Notes under the pieces: generated by a model | Seen by the model: only the letters and a program-made list of their open reading frames with translations | What the model was told of the DNA's origin: nothing | Database searches by the model: none | Source of the DNA: Fibrobacterales bacterium | GTDB lineage: Bacteria; Fibrobacterota; Fibrobacteria; Fibrobacterales; JAOPTW01 | Reading direction: 5' to 3' | DNA: 64,000 nucleotides | NCBI GenBank assembly: GCA_051532035.1 | Contig: JAOPTW010000013.1 | Span: forward strand, 333,345-397,344 | Part shown: positions 49,672 to 59,108 of the stretch, piece by piece | Layout: each line of letters begins with the position of its first letter | How positions within the stretch are numbered: position 1 is the first letter of the stretch | Made by a program: the position numbers and the translations under genes

Positions 49672-51300
49672 TTACAATCCTAAAGACTCTTTCATCTCCT
49701 CTAAATCACCTTCGCGCGCATCGAGAATACCGTGGTAGTGAGTAATTGCATCCTCCCAAATAGGAATGGTTTGTGTTTTGTAGGGGTACCCACCTTGATC
49801 AGGCCAAATTGCTGCAGTACCAGTGGGAAAGGTTTCTGCCATTTCTTCCAGCACCGGACGGATCTGTTCGGTCCAGGTACTCAGTATAGCATGACGTCGT
49901 GACAGCACCCTCTCTTCCAGATCAGCGAAAGCCGATATATATTCCTCCTGAAAACAAAACCATGCTTTAGTAAAACGTGATGTAGTCTCATCAGGGCATC
50001 CCGGATACCCGGATTTGTCAGTCCATAACTTGCCCTGTGTCGCAAGACCTCGCATAAAACCAACATATTCTGGCATATCCATATCCCAGGGTATCATAAT
50101 AATCTTTTCGGTTCTTGGGAGAACAGCCCAATAGGTATTATGCCCGCTGTCCCATGCGCCCAAATAAGGACCGTCCCAATCAAATACAGCAGTTGCTGTA
50201 ACAACCTGACGTGCGATAATGTCGGTCATTTCCCATTTTTTCAGAAATTCTGCGAGAGCATCCGCCTGTGTACCTACAGCATCGAGATCACTTTCAAAAG
50301 CTTTTACCACACTATGATCTGCCTCTTCTTCATTGGTCTTAAGGTTTTCATTCAAAATTGCATCAGTGTTCATCTGGTCATCTGCAAGTGGCCAATAATG
50401 TTTATATACATTTCCTTCATCATCATTAAGGTGATACCGAGTAAAACGTCCATCTATTTGTTCAACCACAAGAAAGAGCCCTTCCAGTTTTCCATTAATC
50501 ATCAACCGTGCATGTACGGCCCGTGAAGCCGCAACTCCCATTTCACGGTATGCGAAGTAGGCAAACCGTTCTGACAAACGAGATTGACTGTGATTCATGG
50601 AATGAAACTGCAGCTTTTTCAATCCATAGAAGAGGCGATCAGGGTACCCATCTGTATTGAATTTTACTTTCATTGATAGATTGCAAATTTTCGCCTTTTC
50701 TCCGCAAGGAGTCCAGGCACCTTTTGACCCTTTATACCTAACCAAAATATCACCGATAGTATCACCACGAAATACCATTGCCGCAGGTACATACTCTTCC
50801 CTTTTAGGTTCCTCATCGAGAAATGCTAAGTCTTTCGGTTCAATTAATAGTTCATAGGTATAGAGAGAATCATGATGATAAATAAACCGGGTTGAATCTC
50901 GCCAATCGGCAGTAGACAGCAACGTTGAGCCAGGCAATGCTTCTCGTTCACGGTTTTCACTACGGAGTATTCCCTCTTCCGGAAGACCCTCAGAGGGTTC
51001 TGTCGCGACTGAGGATTCTATACCCCCGTCATGTTCTTGAGAGCTATCGACCTCTTCTCGATCATGTTCAGAATTCTGAGAACTTCCCTCTTGATCCCTG
51101 GGAGCAGTATCCACGCTTGAAAGTTTATACATAAAACTGGATCCAGCATCATCTGAGTACTTAACTGCTTCATTACTACTTACCTCTGCTTGAGTAGTAT
51201 CCTGTGACGACTCAACTCTCTCCATAGATGCAGTCGAATCAGAGCACCCGGATATTAATAGAGTCGTCAATAGTGCTACTACCAATAATTGCGTATACAT
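49672..51300 (-). CDS. CotH kinase family lipoprotein (paralog 2)
   Basis: Lipobox ISGC and acidic Ser-rich linker. VRYKGS, MKVKFN, EQIDGRF, GHNTYW, IPWDMD. Alternative start at 51312. Confidence 0.85.
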   Translation of the reverse strand: MYTQLLVVALLTTLLISGCSDSTASMERVESSQDTTQAEVSSNEAVKYSDDAGSSFMYKLSSVDTAPRDQEGSSQNSEHDREEVDSSQEHDGGIESSVATEPSEGLPEEGILRSENREREALPGSTLLSTADWRDSTRFIYHHDSLYTYELLIEPKDLAFLDEEPKREEYVPAAMVFRGDTIGDILVRYKGSKGAWTPCGEKAKICNLSMKVKFNTDGYPDRLFYGLKKLQFHSMNHSQSRLSERFAYFAYREMGVAASRAVHARLMINGKLEGLFLVVEQIDGRFTRYHLNDDEGNVYKHYWPLADDQMNTDAILNENLKTNEEEADHSVVKAFESDLDAVGTQADALAEFLKKWEMTDIIARQVVTATAVFDWDGPYLGAWDSGHNTYWAVLPRTEKIIMIPWDMDMPEYVGFMRGLATQGKLWTDKSGYPGCPDETTSRFTKAWFCFQEEYISAFADLEERVLSRRHAILSTWTEQIRPVLEEMAETFPTGTAAIWPDQGGYPYKTQTIPIWEDAITHYHGILDAREGDLEEMKESLGL

Positions 51301-51334
51301 AGATAAAACCATTCCTCTTATTACAAACACTCTG

Positions 51335-52948
51335 TTACAGCCCACTTCGCCAATCCTCAGCAATTTGTTTGCTCGCCTCCAAGGCCTCTCTCAAATCTTC
51401 TACCCCAGCCCTCCATTTTTCCTTAGAGATAGCGGCCTTTGGAAAACCTTTTCCTTTTTCATTACTTGAGCCATGGGTATCGATTGTTTCCTGTGTTACT
51501 TCTTCAATCTGAGCTTCCCATTTATCTAGCAGAGGCATTATTTGAGGATATACATCATCCAAAAGTTTATCGAGAGCTACTTTTACTTCATCAGGAAAAC
51601 AAAGCCAGTGACCTTGTAGTTTATTTTGCACCGGGCTATTACAACCAAAAGCCTGTGCTACATCTTCAACTGACATATGCCCTTTGGACGTTTCACCTTT
51701 TCTCCCCGATAAGCTTATCAGCCCATTATCCACATCCCAGGGAATGGCATAGAGTTTTTGTTCTGTGGTATCAGAATACCAATAGGCATTATGGTGTGTA
51801 TACTCCTTTCTAAGAAAAGGACTATCCCAATGTCCCATGGCAATAGAGGTAACCACCGTATTAACAGTCAATGGCACATCCATCCATTTCGCAATCACAC
51901 TTTTGATCTCCTCAATATCCTGCGCACCATCAAGTTCCTCCTCAAATGTTTGCCATATTGTGTAGGTCGGGTCTTCATCTTCATTTGTTTTCAATACTTC
52001 AAAGAGTGTTGCATCATCCGATAACTGGTCATCGGGAAGGACAGTATTATTCTTATAAATATTCCCCTCTCCATCTTCCCATCGTTCTCTGGTAAAGCGA
52101 CCATCTATCTGTTCCACAAGTGCATAGAGTCCACTGAGCTTTCCATTAATCTCTACCCGTGCATGTACCGACCGGGGGGCTGGATTGCCCATGGCATTGT
52201 GAAACCAGTAGACAACACGTTCTTTCAATTGACTATCATAGTGATGCATGTGATGAAACTGCAGTTTTTTTAACCCGAAGAATTTACGTTCAGAATCAGC
52301 TTCAGTATTGAATTTCACTTTAGTTGAGAGTTTAAGACAGCTATTAGGGCCCGGCGGCCAGGGAGAACCATTTTCACCATTTGTACACGGATACCACGCC
52401 CCGGTCGATCCTTTATAGCGTACTTGTACATCCTGTATAGTATCTCCTTCAAAAACCAGATCGGCAAATTCATAGATCTCATCTTGTGGTACCGCATTCA
52501 TGCGTTCAAGTGCTTCGGGATCAATTAAGATATTATAGGTACGCAGTTCATCATCATCAAAAATGTAGGTGCTTTCACCATCAAATACTGGCAAAGTAAA
52601 GGTATCACCATTCCTATAGTCCTTTTGATCATTAGAACTCTTTGATTGTTCCACTGAATCAGATTCCTCTGCTGAACTTTCATCATCTTCAGTATATTCA
52701 TCGTCAACAGACTTTGAGTCTGCTCCAGATGAAGGATGAGAGCCATTACTTGCATCACTATAATCCGAAGAGATCGCTGATGCATCTACTGCACCAAAAC
52801 TAGACGATTCAGTTTCCTCATCACGTGATCCCCCCAGTTCATCCTGTATATTTTGTTCTGTTGTGCTCTCACTACATCCCAAAATGAATGTTGTCAGTAA
52901 TACCCCTACTAACATTTTTATACTATGCATGTAATTAACTCCAATCAT
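51335..52948 (-). CDS. CotH kinase family lipoprotein (paralog 1)
   Basis: Lipobox ILGC and acidic Ser-rich linker. VRYKGS, TKVKFN, EQIDGRF, HHNAYW, IPWDVD. Confidence 0.85.
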   Translation of the reverse strand: MIGVNYMHSIKMLVGVLLTTFILGCSESTTEQNIQDELGGSRDEETESSSFGAVDASAISSDYSDASNGSHPSSGADSKSVDDEYTEDDESSAEESDSVEQSKSSNDQKDYRNGDTFTLPVFDGESTYIFDDDELRTYNILIDPEALERMNAVPQDEIYEFADLVFEGDTIQDVQVRYKGSTGAWYPCTNGENGSPWPPGPNSCLKLSTKVKFNTEADSERKFFGLKKLQFHHMHHYDSQLKERVVYWFHNAMGNPAPRSVHARVEINGKLSGLYALVEQIDGRFTRERWEDGEGNIYKNNTVLPDDQLSDDATLFEVLKTNEDEDPTYTIWQTFEEELDGAQDIEEIKSVIAKWMDVPLTVNTVVTSIAMGHWDSPFLRKEYTHHNAYWYSDTTEQKLYAIPWDVDNGLISLSGRKGETSKGHMSVEDVAQAFGCNSPVQNKLQGHWLCFPDEVKVALDKLLDDVYPQIMPLLDKWEAQIEEVTQETIDTHGSSNEKGKGFPKAAISKEKWRAGVEDLREALEASKQIAEDWRSGL

Positions 52949-53076
52949 CCTTTATCCTTTTTTTGTTCGACCTAAATTCTTAACCAATTTATCCACTTCA
53001 TTTACTAGGCCTAAACCATTACGGCCCTCATCATCTTCTTTTCTTACATTCAATGGTTATGTTTTATTCAAACTTC

Positions 53077-53140
53077 TAAGTCTGCCCTGGGTTCTATGGG
53101 GATAGGGGGGGATTTTACTATAAAACCCGGGACAGACTTA
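53077..53140. repeat. 17-bp imperfect inverted repeat overlapping the upstream stop codon
   Basis: TAAGTCTGCCCTGGGTT (53077-93) and AACCCGGGACAGACTTA (53124-40), 15/17 complementary. Confidence 0.7.
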
Positions 53141-56100
53141 TAACTCTTCACATTCTTCTGATACATCACTTCGAACAACACCCATTGTTCGAGTAACGGA
53201 ATGCTTCTCACCAGAGGCAAAATAATATGTTACTTTCCACATATAGATACCGCTTCCAACGTTCCGACCTTGGGTATCTTTCAGATCCCATTTGAGATCA
53301 TTAATAAACAGACCCGGTTGGTTTGATTGATTTTGTCGTTCTGCATTATCAAACTCTCCACAATAGCCAAAGTGTTGAGTCCACTGAGTTATAAATTGCC
53401 CGATATTATCATAGATGGCAATATCGGCGCGGTATGCACCATCAAGTATTCCTGTTACCGTAACCATTGATGCAGAGCACCCATACCGAAACTCCTCTTC
53501 ACTTTCGTCATCATCATCAGAGCATTCTGCATTACCATCACTATCAAACGTTACAACACCATCTACAGGGGCCACCCATGTCTCTCCTAATGGAATATCA
53601 ACACTGTACTGTTCTTCTATCAGGTCACCATCAGCATCGTATAGGGGGATTGTCTCTGAAGGAATAGAGCCACCTTTGTCTGAAGAAATCCCTACCACTG
53701 ATTCGCGAAAAGTCATACGGAGGTTTTCTGCCTTTCCTTCTATACCGGTAATTTCTACAGATGCATTTTCAGAAATATTGTTATAGATATCTCCTACTTC
53801 AATGTCACTATTCAACATGAGTCTATCACCAACTCGTGGAGGATTTTCAGCAGAACTATTGTGTACTAAAATCATCCACACACGAGTATCATTCAGTGCT
53901 ATGGGTTCTTCTACAACAGTTAAGGTACCCTCTTTATGCTTTTGAATGAGTCTAAACATGCGATTGATTTTCGCATCGATTGGTGTTTTTATTTCTTCAG
54001 ATAAGGTAACAATTAAGGTATCCGGCGCTACTTGTACTACAACAGAATCATCGGTTTCTACTGCATAGCGTTTATAATGAGACGGATATTTTCTCGCTTC
54101 TAGAATAACAGGCCCTATGCTGTCTACTATAGGTATCTCTATGGTATTCAATTCTAACGTAGGGATATTGTCCTCATCGGCAGCAGTTACTCCCTGTTCT
54201 AGGGAACCTTCTGGTAAGGTAATCACCAATCGAGAACGATCCTCACTCCCCCATTCATTGGTAACAAATGCCATATCTTTTTTGGAAACGCTCAATTCCT
54301 GTGCCCCCTCATGCGGCCAATCAATCGATGTGATTTCTTCAGGAATCTGATCGAGTTCCATATCAAAAACCACCGTAATCTGATCAGCGCGACCATCTGA
54401 GTCGCTATCTTCAATATAGGCCAATTCTATTTGAGCCACTTCTACAACTTCTACAATTTCTTCAACGACCGTTAATCGTGCAGTATCTGGTTCGAGCCCT
54501 GAATACCGTGCTATAACAACAGCCTCTCCACCAGCTTCCATAACAATTTCTGCACTGGTAGGCCCATCTGAATCTACCTCTGCAACATCTCGATTATCAA
54601 CACTCCAGTCCAGAGTTTCTGTAAATTCAACGAGATTGCCAAACCGGTCTCGCACAACCGCATAGACTGTTTCTGAAGAGTGATTTTCTCCAAGAGTAAC
54701 GGTAATTTGTTCTGCGTACTTTTTGCGGTTATCACTCTCCTGCTTTTTCTGAAGGTCAATCCCATAGGGCTCGCCAGGTCCAATTGAAACGGTTACCATT
54801 TCTGACAATTCTCGTTTCGGATAGGCGGGATCTACATATTCAATCATCAATTGTAGCGTACGAAAGGCATTGGTTGCGGTAAATTTCCATACTCCTTTAT
54901 CACCCTTAAACAACGCATCACCATCCTCTGAGTCATTACCAACCATACTCCAAGTAAAATTATCTGAATCAGTAATATACCGCTCATCGAATACATCATA
55001 CACCTCAGCCATAAGGTCAATAGTATCACCGGCAGCAAGCTCTTTATCATCTACCTCTAAATAAGCTGGCCCTGGCGCAATTACAATATCGGGTTGAATT
55101 GGTACAATACTCACTTCTGCGAAGTCAAAGGTCAGGTAGGGGTCGCCATTGGTCTGAAAGACTGCTTCGAGATACGCTTTATGGTACCCGTTTTCTATTG
55201 TGTAAAAAACATCATCAAAGGAAAGCTCTGCATAGGCTGTCTGAATCAATCCATCATTCTCCTCCCCTTTACCTGTTTTATTTTGCATTTTGATAGGTAA
55301 CTGCATCTCTTTTCCTTTTTGAGTAATCAAATGAAGCGTTGCTCCACTTACATCGTAATCTCCAAAAATAAGGTTAAAATAGAGTGCGGTATCAGGGTTT
55401 ACTAACCCCTTCTTTACTGAGAAATCAAAGGCAAATACCACTCGAGTATCCCACGATACTTCAACATCTGTCCACTGCGAACCACTAGTTCCAGAACCCA
55501 CTTCTGCGCCGCGAGAAGAGTATTTCATATTGGCTTTTTCTGCGCCATCTCTGTTATCAAACTCATCACCCCCACCTGATTTTACCGTACCGGCACGATC
55601 AAGATCAGGAAGAAAGTCGCCTCCGTAGAGCATGCCTTCACTGTCTTTATTCAGTGGCTGACCCGCTGCACTTCTCAGGTTTCCACTTATGCCATCTCCC
55701 CAGCCCGTTCCATCCATATCACCCACACGGATAAACTTAAAGGGAGTCCCGCCAATAGGTTCAAGCAACACATTATTTGAGGTGTCCTTTGTATCAGACT
55801 CTCCCCACACTTCCATCTCATAGAGTGAATAGCCATAGCTGGTAGTACGCTGTATACAATTGAGTTTCACAAATTTTGCCGTTGTTTCGGTAAATGAAAT
55901 CTCTTTGGTTTCTCCCCTCTTTCCATTGGTAACCTCGGCAACACGTTCCCAATTCGTTAAATCAGTTGAAGTCTCAATAGTATACTCTTTCGCGGAAGCA
56001 TCTTCCCAATTGAGCATTACTTTATCAATTGAGTAGTTTGCCCCTAAATCTACTATAAGATGATACGGACCGTTCCCTATCTGACTCGCCCAACGACTAT

Positions 56101-56272
56101 CCTTTCCGGTTTTTCCATCAATGGCAAGGTGCGGACTCAATTCAGGACTCTGATCATTCGTCGCAATCACTTTATTTAATGCCAAATTCTTTACCTTGGC
56201 CTGTACCACTGTGGTTGCACACAGTATCCCTAAGAACAGAATGGTTTTTATATTTCCCTGTACCTGTATCAT
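53138..56272 (-). CDS. Large secreted protein: F5/8 type C domain, unknown domain, Ig-like repeats and Fibrobacterota-type FlgD-Ig/T9SS-like C-terminus
   Basis: Signal peptide. NLALNK...SRWAS...VDLG...YSLYEMEVWG. DSDSDGRAD. IYDNIGQF...WDLKDTQGRNVGSGIYMWK. Confidence 0.75.
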   Translation of the reverse strand: MIQVQGNIKTILFLGILCATTVVQAKVKNLALNKVIATNDQSPELSPHLAIDGKTGKDSRWASQIGNGPYHLIVDLGANYSIDKVMLNWEDASAKEYTIETSTDLTNWERVAEVTNGKRGETKEISFTETTAKFVKLNCIQRTTSYGYSLYEMEVWGESDTKDTSNNVLLEPIGGTPFKFIRVGDMDGTGWGDGISGNLRSAAGQPLNKDSEGMLYGGDFLPDLDRAGTVKSGGGDEFDNRDGAEKANMKYSSRGAEVGSGTSGSQWTDVEVSWDTRVVFAFDFSVKKGLVNPDTALYFNLIFGDYDVSGATLHLITQKGKEMQLPIKMQNKTGKGEENDGLIQTAYAELSFDDVFYTIENGYHKAYLEAVFQTNGDPYLTFDFAEVSIVPIQPDIVIAPGPAYLEVDDKELAAGDTIDLMAEVYDVFDERYITDSDNFTWSMVGNDSEDGDALFKGDKGVWKFTATNAFRTLQLMIEYVDPAYPKRELSEMVTVSIGPGEPYGIDLQKKQESDNRKKYAEQITVTLGENHSSETVYAVVRDRFGNLVEFTETLDWSVDNRDVAEVDSDGPTSAEIVMEAGGEAVVIARYSGLEPDTARLTVVEEIVEVVEVAQIELAYIEDSDSDGRADQITVVFDMELDQIPEEITSIDWPHEGAQELSVSKKDMAFVTNEWGSEDRSRLVITLPEGSLEQGVTAADEDNIPTLELNTIEIPIVDSIGPVILEARKYPSHYKRYAVETDDSVVVQVAPDTLIVTLSEEIKTPIDAKINRMFRLIQKHKEGTLTVVEEPIALNDTRVWMILVHNSSAENPPRVGDRLMLNSDIEVGDIYNNISENASVEITGIEGKAENLRMTFRESVVGISSDKGGSIPSETIPLYDADGDLIEEQYSVDIPLGETWVAPVDGVVTFDSDGNAECSDDDDESEEEFRYGCSASMVTVTGILDGAYRADIAIYDNIGQFITQWTQHFGYCGEFDNAERQNQSNQPGLFINDLKWDLKDTQGRNVGSGIYMWKVTYYFASGEKHSVTRTMGVVRSDVSEECEEL

Positions 56273-56409
56273 AATACCCTTCTCAATTTCGATCACATAC
56301 TCAAATTTGGGTATGCGTAAGAACCTCAAAACTATCAGTTGATTTTTTATTCTCTAAATGTATTGAAGAACCCCTAAGTGTCTTCGTAGCTCTGGTGTGT
56401 TGTGTACAC

Positions 56410-57720
56410 CTATTCTTTTTCTATTATGAGCCACTCAATAGAATCTATGTCAAATCTTCCCTCTTCTGTCGTTATAAAGCCGACGTTTCTTAGACGACTT
56501 AATAAATCTATAATACGTACATCTGGCGGATCAGTAGGCCCTAAGGCCGTTTTAAAATTCATTTCCTCTAGGGATAGCACTACCTCGGACCAATTATTCG
56601 TCGGCTCTATGAGTGGAAAAACCCCCATGAACGGAGTATACATCCCTGAGCCATCTCCACGATCAAATTGAAAATCAACGGTAACATCGACATTCCCCTT
56701 AATATAAAACCGTAGATGAGTATACGCTGACACATTTACAACAGTATCATCAAACCGCGTTCGTACTCCTCGTAATGAAATATCATCCTCATCATCTGAA
56801 TCATCTTCTCTAAAATTCACAACCGATATACCGTACCCATCATATCCATCTCCAATAGTAACATCCTCTTGATTTATCGCCGCGCGATCTTCCAAAGGAT
56901 GATACCAAGTGTTTTGCAGCAATTGAATATACCAAGTAAAATCATGCATACCATCTATTGCCCCTCTCCAATCGCCATCATCAAAGGAGTCAAATGCTAC
57001 TACTACCGTGTCGGAAGTTACTGTTGCAGTGGTATCACTTGCATCTACCGGATCGGTCACCTCCTCGGTATCGTTGCCATCATCGTCTACCGCTGTGGTA
57101 TCTAGCACTTTAGTAAATGGAGTTGTTGACACTGCAATCTGAACCACCGAATCAGAAAGTCTATGGAATGCTGCACTTTGGGGAGAGGGAACGAAAAACT
57201 GTGAGTTCTCCGGCAGCATTCCATAAAATTCAATTGTACCGGAATCACTCACTATTAACGAATGTCTCGTTTCATAGATCTCCAATGTTTTTCCAAAGTA
57301 TACTGTATCGGTAATGGTCAGTTGGTACCACCTCTTTGGTTCCACAGTAACCGTATTTTGTTGGATATTTGCAATCGCGGGGTCAATGCCGCTGATCATA
57401 ACACCGAATGAATCTAACGAAACTTCTAGCGCAACTACCTCTTTAGTGTCTGTACTTAAAGAATAAGCGCCCACCGAATCAGTCACAGTACTATCAAGCA
57501 CTACTGACTCACCGCTATTTTGGGCAGGTAACCAACCGGCTGATTTTAGCAAATAGACCGAAGCGTTTTGCTGCGGCAGTCCTAACGAATCGACCACTAC
57601 TCCAGCGATAGCATTGGGAAAGTCTGTTGAGTCACCACTCTGATCATAATCTGAGTCACTCAGACTGCATCCCACAGTCATAATTACCCACAACAGAAAA
57701 ACGGCGGAATACGGTCTCAT
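56410..57720 (-). CDS. Lipoprotein with carboxypeptidase-regulatory-like Ig domain and C-terminal galactose-binding-like (CBM11/CIA30-like) domain
   Basis: Lipobox TVGC. IAGVVVDSLGLP..NASVYL...TVTDSVGAY. DSFDDG...LRFYIKG...FDIDSI. ATGA overlap with the TIGR02147 gene. Confidence 0.7.
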   Translation of the reverse strand: MRPYSAVFLLWVIMTVGCSLSDSDYDQSGDSTDFPNAIAGVVVDSLGLPQQNASVYLLKSAGWLPAQNSGESVVLDSTVTDSVGAYSLSTDTKEVVALEVSLDSFGVMISGIDPAIANIQQNTVTVEPKRWYQLTITDTVYFGKTLEIYETRHSLIVSDSGTIEFYGMLPENSQFFVPSPQSAAFHRLSDSVVQIAVSTTPFTKVLDTTAVDDDGNDTEEVTDPVDASDTTATVTSDTVVVAFDSFDDGDWRGAIDGMHDFTWYIQLLQNTWYHPLEDRAAINQEDVTIGDGYDGYGISVVNFREDDSDDEDDISLRGVRTRFDDTVVNVSAYTHLRFYIKGNVDVTVDFQFDRGDGSGMYTPFMGVFPLIEPTNNWSEVVLSLEEMNFKTALGPTDPPDVRIIDLLSRLRNVGFITTEEGRFDIDSIEWLIIEKE

Positions 57721-58529
57721 CCTTGCTCCTTTGTGAGTGGAAAAAATTGAAGATTAAGCTGATACACTTGATTTTCATCGTCATCAGATTGTGCAAGGTC
57801 AGCCATCTCTCTCCGAAACATATTTATTTTACGTATCATTCGCTCAATACCCTTACTCGATACGCTCATTGCGATTGCTGATACGTTACGTTTCTCAGGA
57901 GTATACATATCGATTGCCTCTTTACCGAGATCTATCATTTGTTTTTGAACATCACGCATTGTGAAAACATCAATGTGATCACCGATAATCTTTCCGCTTT
58001 TGGGACGCCAAAACCCATTGACTTTTTCTATAAGTTCAAGGTCCTGAAGGAGCTTCATTGCTTTTTTAACTTTTAAAAGTGATACTTGCGGTGTAAGAAA
58101 CAATCCTAAATCTCGAAAATCATCAGTTACATCAAACACTGCAAGAACTTCTCGTATTGCGACATGATACCATTGTTTGTAGTATTCTCGTTGACTTCTC
58201 GTCAAAGTACGAATACTATTTGGAAGCATTTTTGCCAAAACTTCAAAAGTCTCTTCTTTCGACTTTTGTGTTTTTGCATGGGTAAAATACATCATCTGAA
58301 TCAGGTACTGCTGCTCTTTCTCTTTAAGCCCAATTGCTTTTACAAATTTCGGTATCAGTGAAGCAGTCATGTTTCGTCTGCCCGTTACTAAATCCCCATA
58401 GACACTCGGAGACCCAATTCCAGCGAGCTTTGCAAACACACGATAGGTAAAAGTACTATCAACTGACTTTTTATATTCATAGTACTCTTTCAGGTACGTA
58501 CGATAATTATAATAGTCAAAAATGTTCAT
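57717..58529 (-). CDS. TIGR02147 family (DUF4423) putative DNA-binding protein
   Basis: NIFDYYNYRTYLKEYY...FTYRVFAKLAGI, YYKQWYHVAIRE, and C-terminal VYQLNLQFFPL. Confidence 0.92.
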   Translation of the reverse strand: MNIFDYYNYRTYLKEYYEYKKSVDSTFTYRVFAKLAGIGSPSVYGDLVTGRRNMTASLIPKFVKAIGLKEKEQQYLIQMMYFTHAKTQKSKEETFEVLAKMLPNSIRTLTRSQREYYKQWYHVAIREVLAVFDVTDDFRDLGLFLTPQVSLLKVKKAMKLLQDLELIEKVNGFWRPKSGKIIGDHIDVFTMRDVQKQMIDLGKEAIDMYTPEKRNVSAIAMSVSSKGIERMIRKINMFRREMADLAQSDDDENQVYQLNLQFFPLTKEQG

Positions 58530-58604
58530 ACATTCCCTAGTATCGTGTGGTTAATTTGCCTTAATATAAATCAGTACATTTTTAAACCAAGAATTTATCC
58601 TGAT

Positions 58605-58699
58605 TGTACGCATTATTAACGCTTATTTTACCACATTATGTCCGCATACTGTCCGCATATCCTCCTTTTTAGTATTTAAGGGCATTTTATGTCCGCACA
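58605..58699. promoter_or_regulatory. Direct repeats TGT(C/A)CGCA, putative operator sites
   Basis: TGTACGCATT at 58605, TGTCCGCATA at 58639, TGTCCGCATA at 58650, TGTCCGCACA at 58690. Confidence 0.55.
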
Positions 58700-58887
58700 A
58701 ATATGCCCATCACCACGTCTAAAACACTTCATTCTAGTGCATATTGGGTACCATGAGTTGTGTAACTGTTGATGGCGAAGCATTGGTACCTGCTGAATAA
58801 ACAATTATAACTACCAGTATTAGAATACAAAAGAGGCTATCTCGGTAATGTGATAGCCTCTTTTTGCAAAGATATTGAGAGAGTAAC

Positions 58888-59040
58888 TAGGTTGAGTAGT
58901 TTCATCACTTTCAACAGCCTGAATAGTCTCATCATCGCTCCTAATAGGTGTCCCCCACAACACCCTATGTAGCGACATTCAAACCTCAAAAACATCAAAA
59001 ACATCAAAATTACCCTATATTCCCTATATTCCCTAATTTT
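58888..59040. repeat. Degenerate 9-bp-period tandem tract
   Basis: TAGTTTCAT, CACTTTCAA, CAGCCTGAA, TAGTCTCAT ... CAAAAACAT x2, CAAAATTAC, CCTATATTC x2, CCTAATTTT, all in one register. Confidence 0.65.
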
Positions 59041-59108
59041 GACCCCATAAATCAAATTCAGTACTGGGTATATATTTCTATATTGTATCCATGAATTGGG
59101 GAGAGAAA

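Noticed and set aside
58837..59055. 72-aa minus-strand ORF (EYREYR, MFLMFL)
   Set aside because: Explained by the 9-bp periodic tract; no protein-like features.
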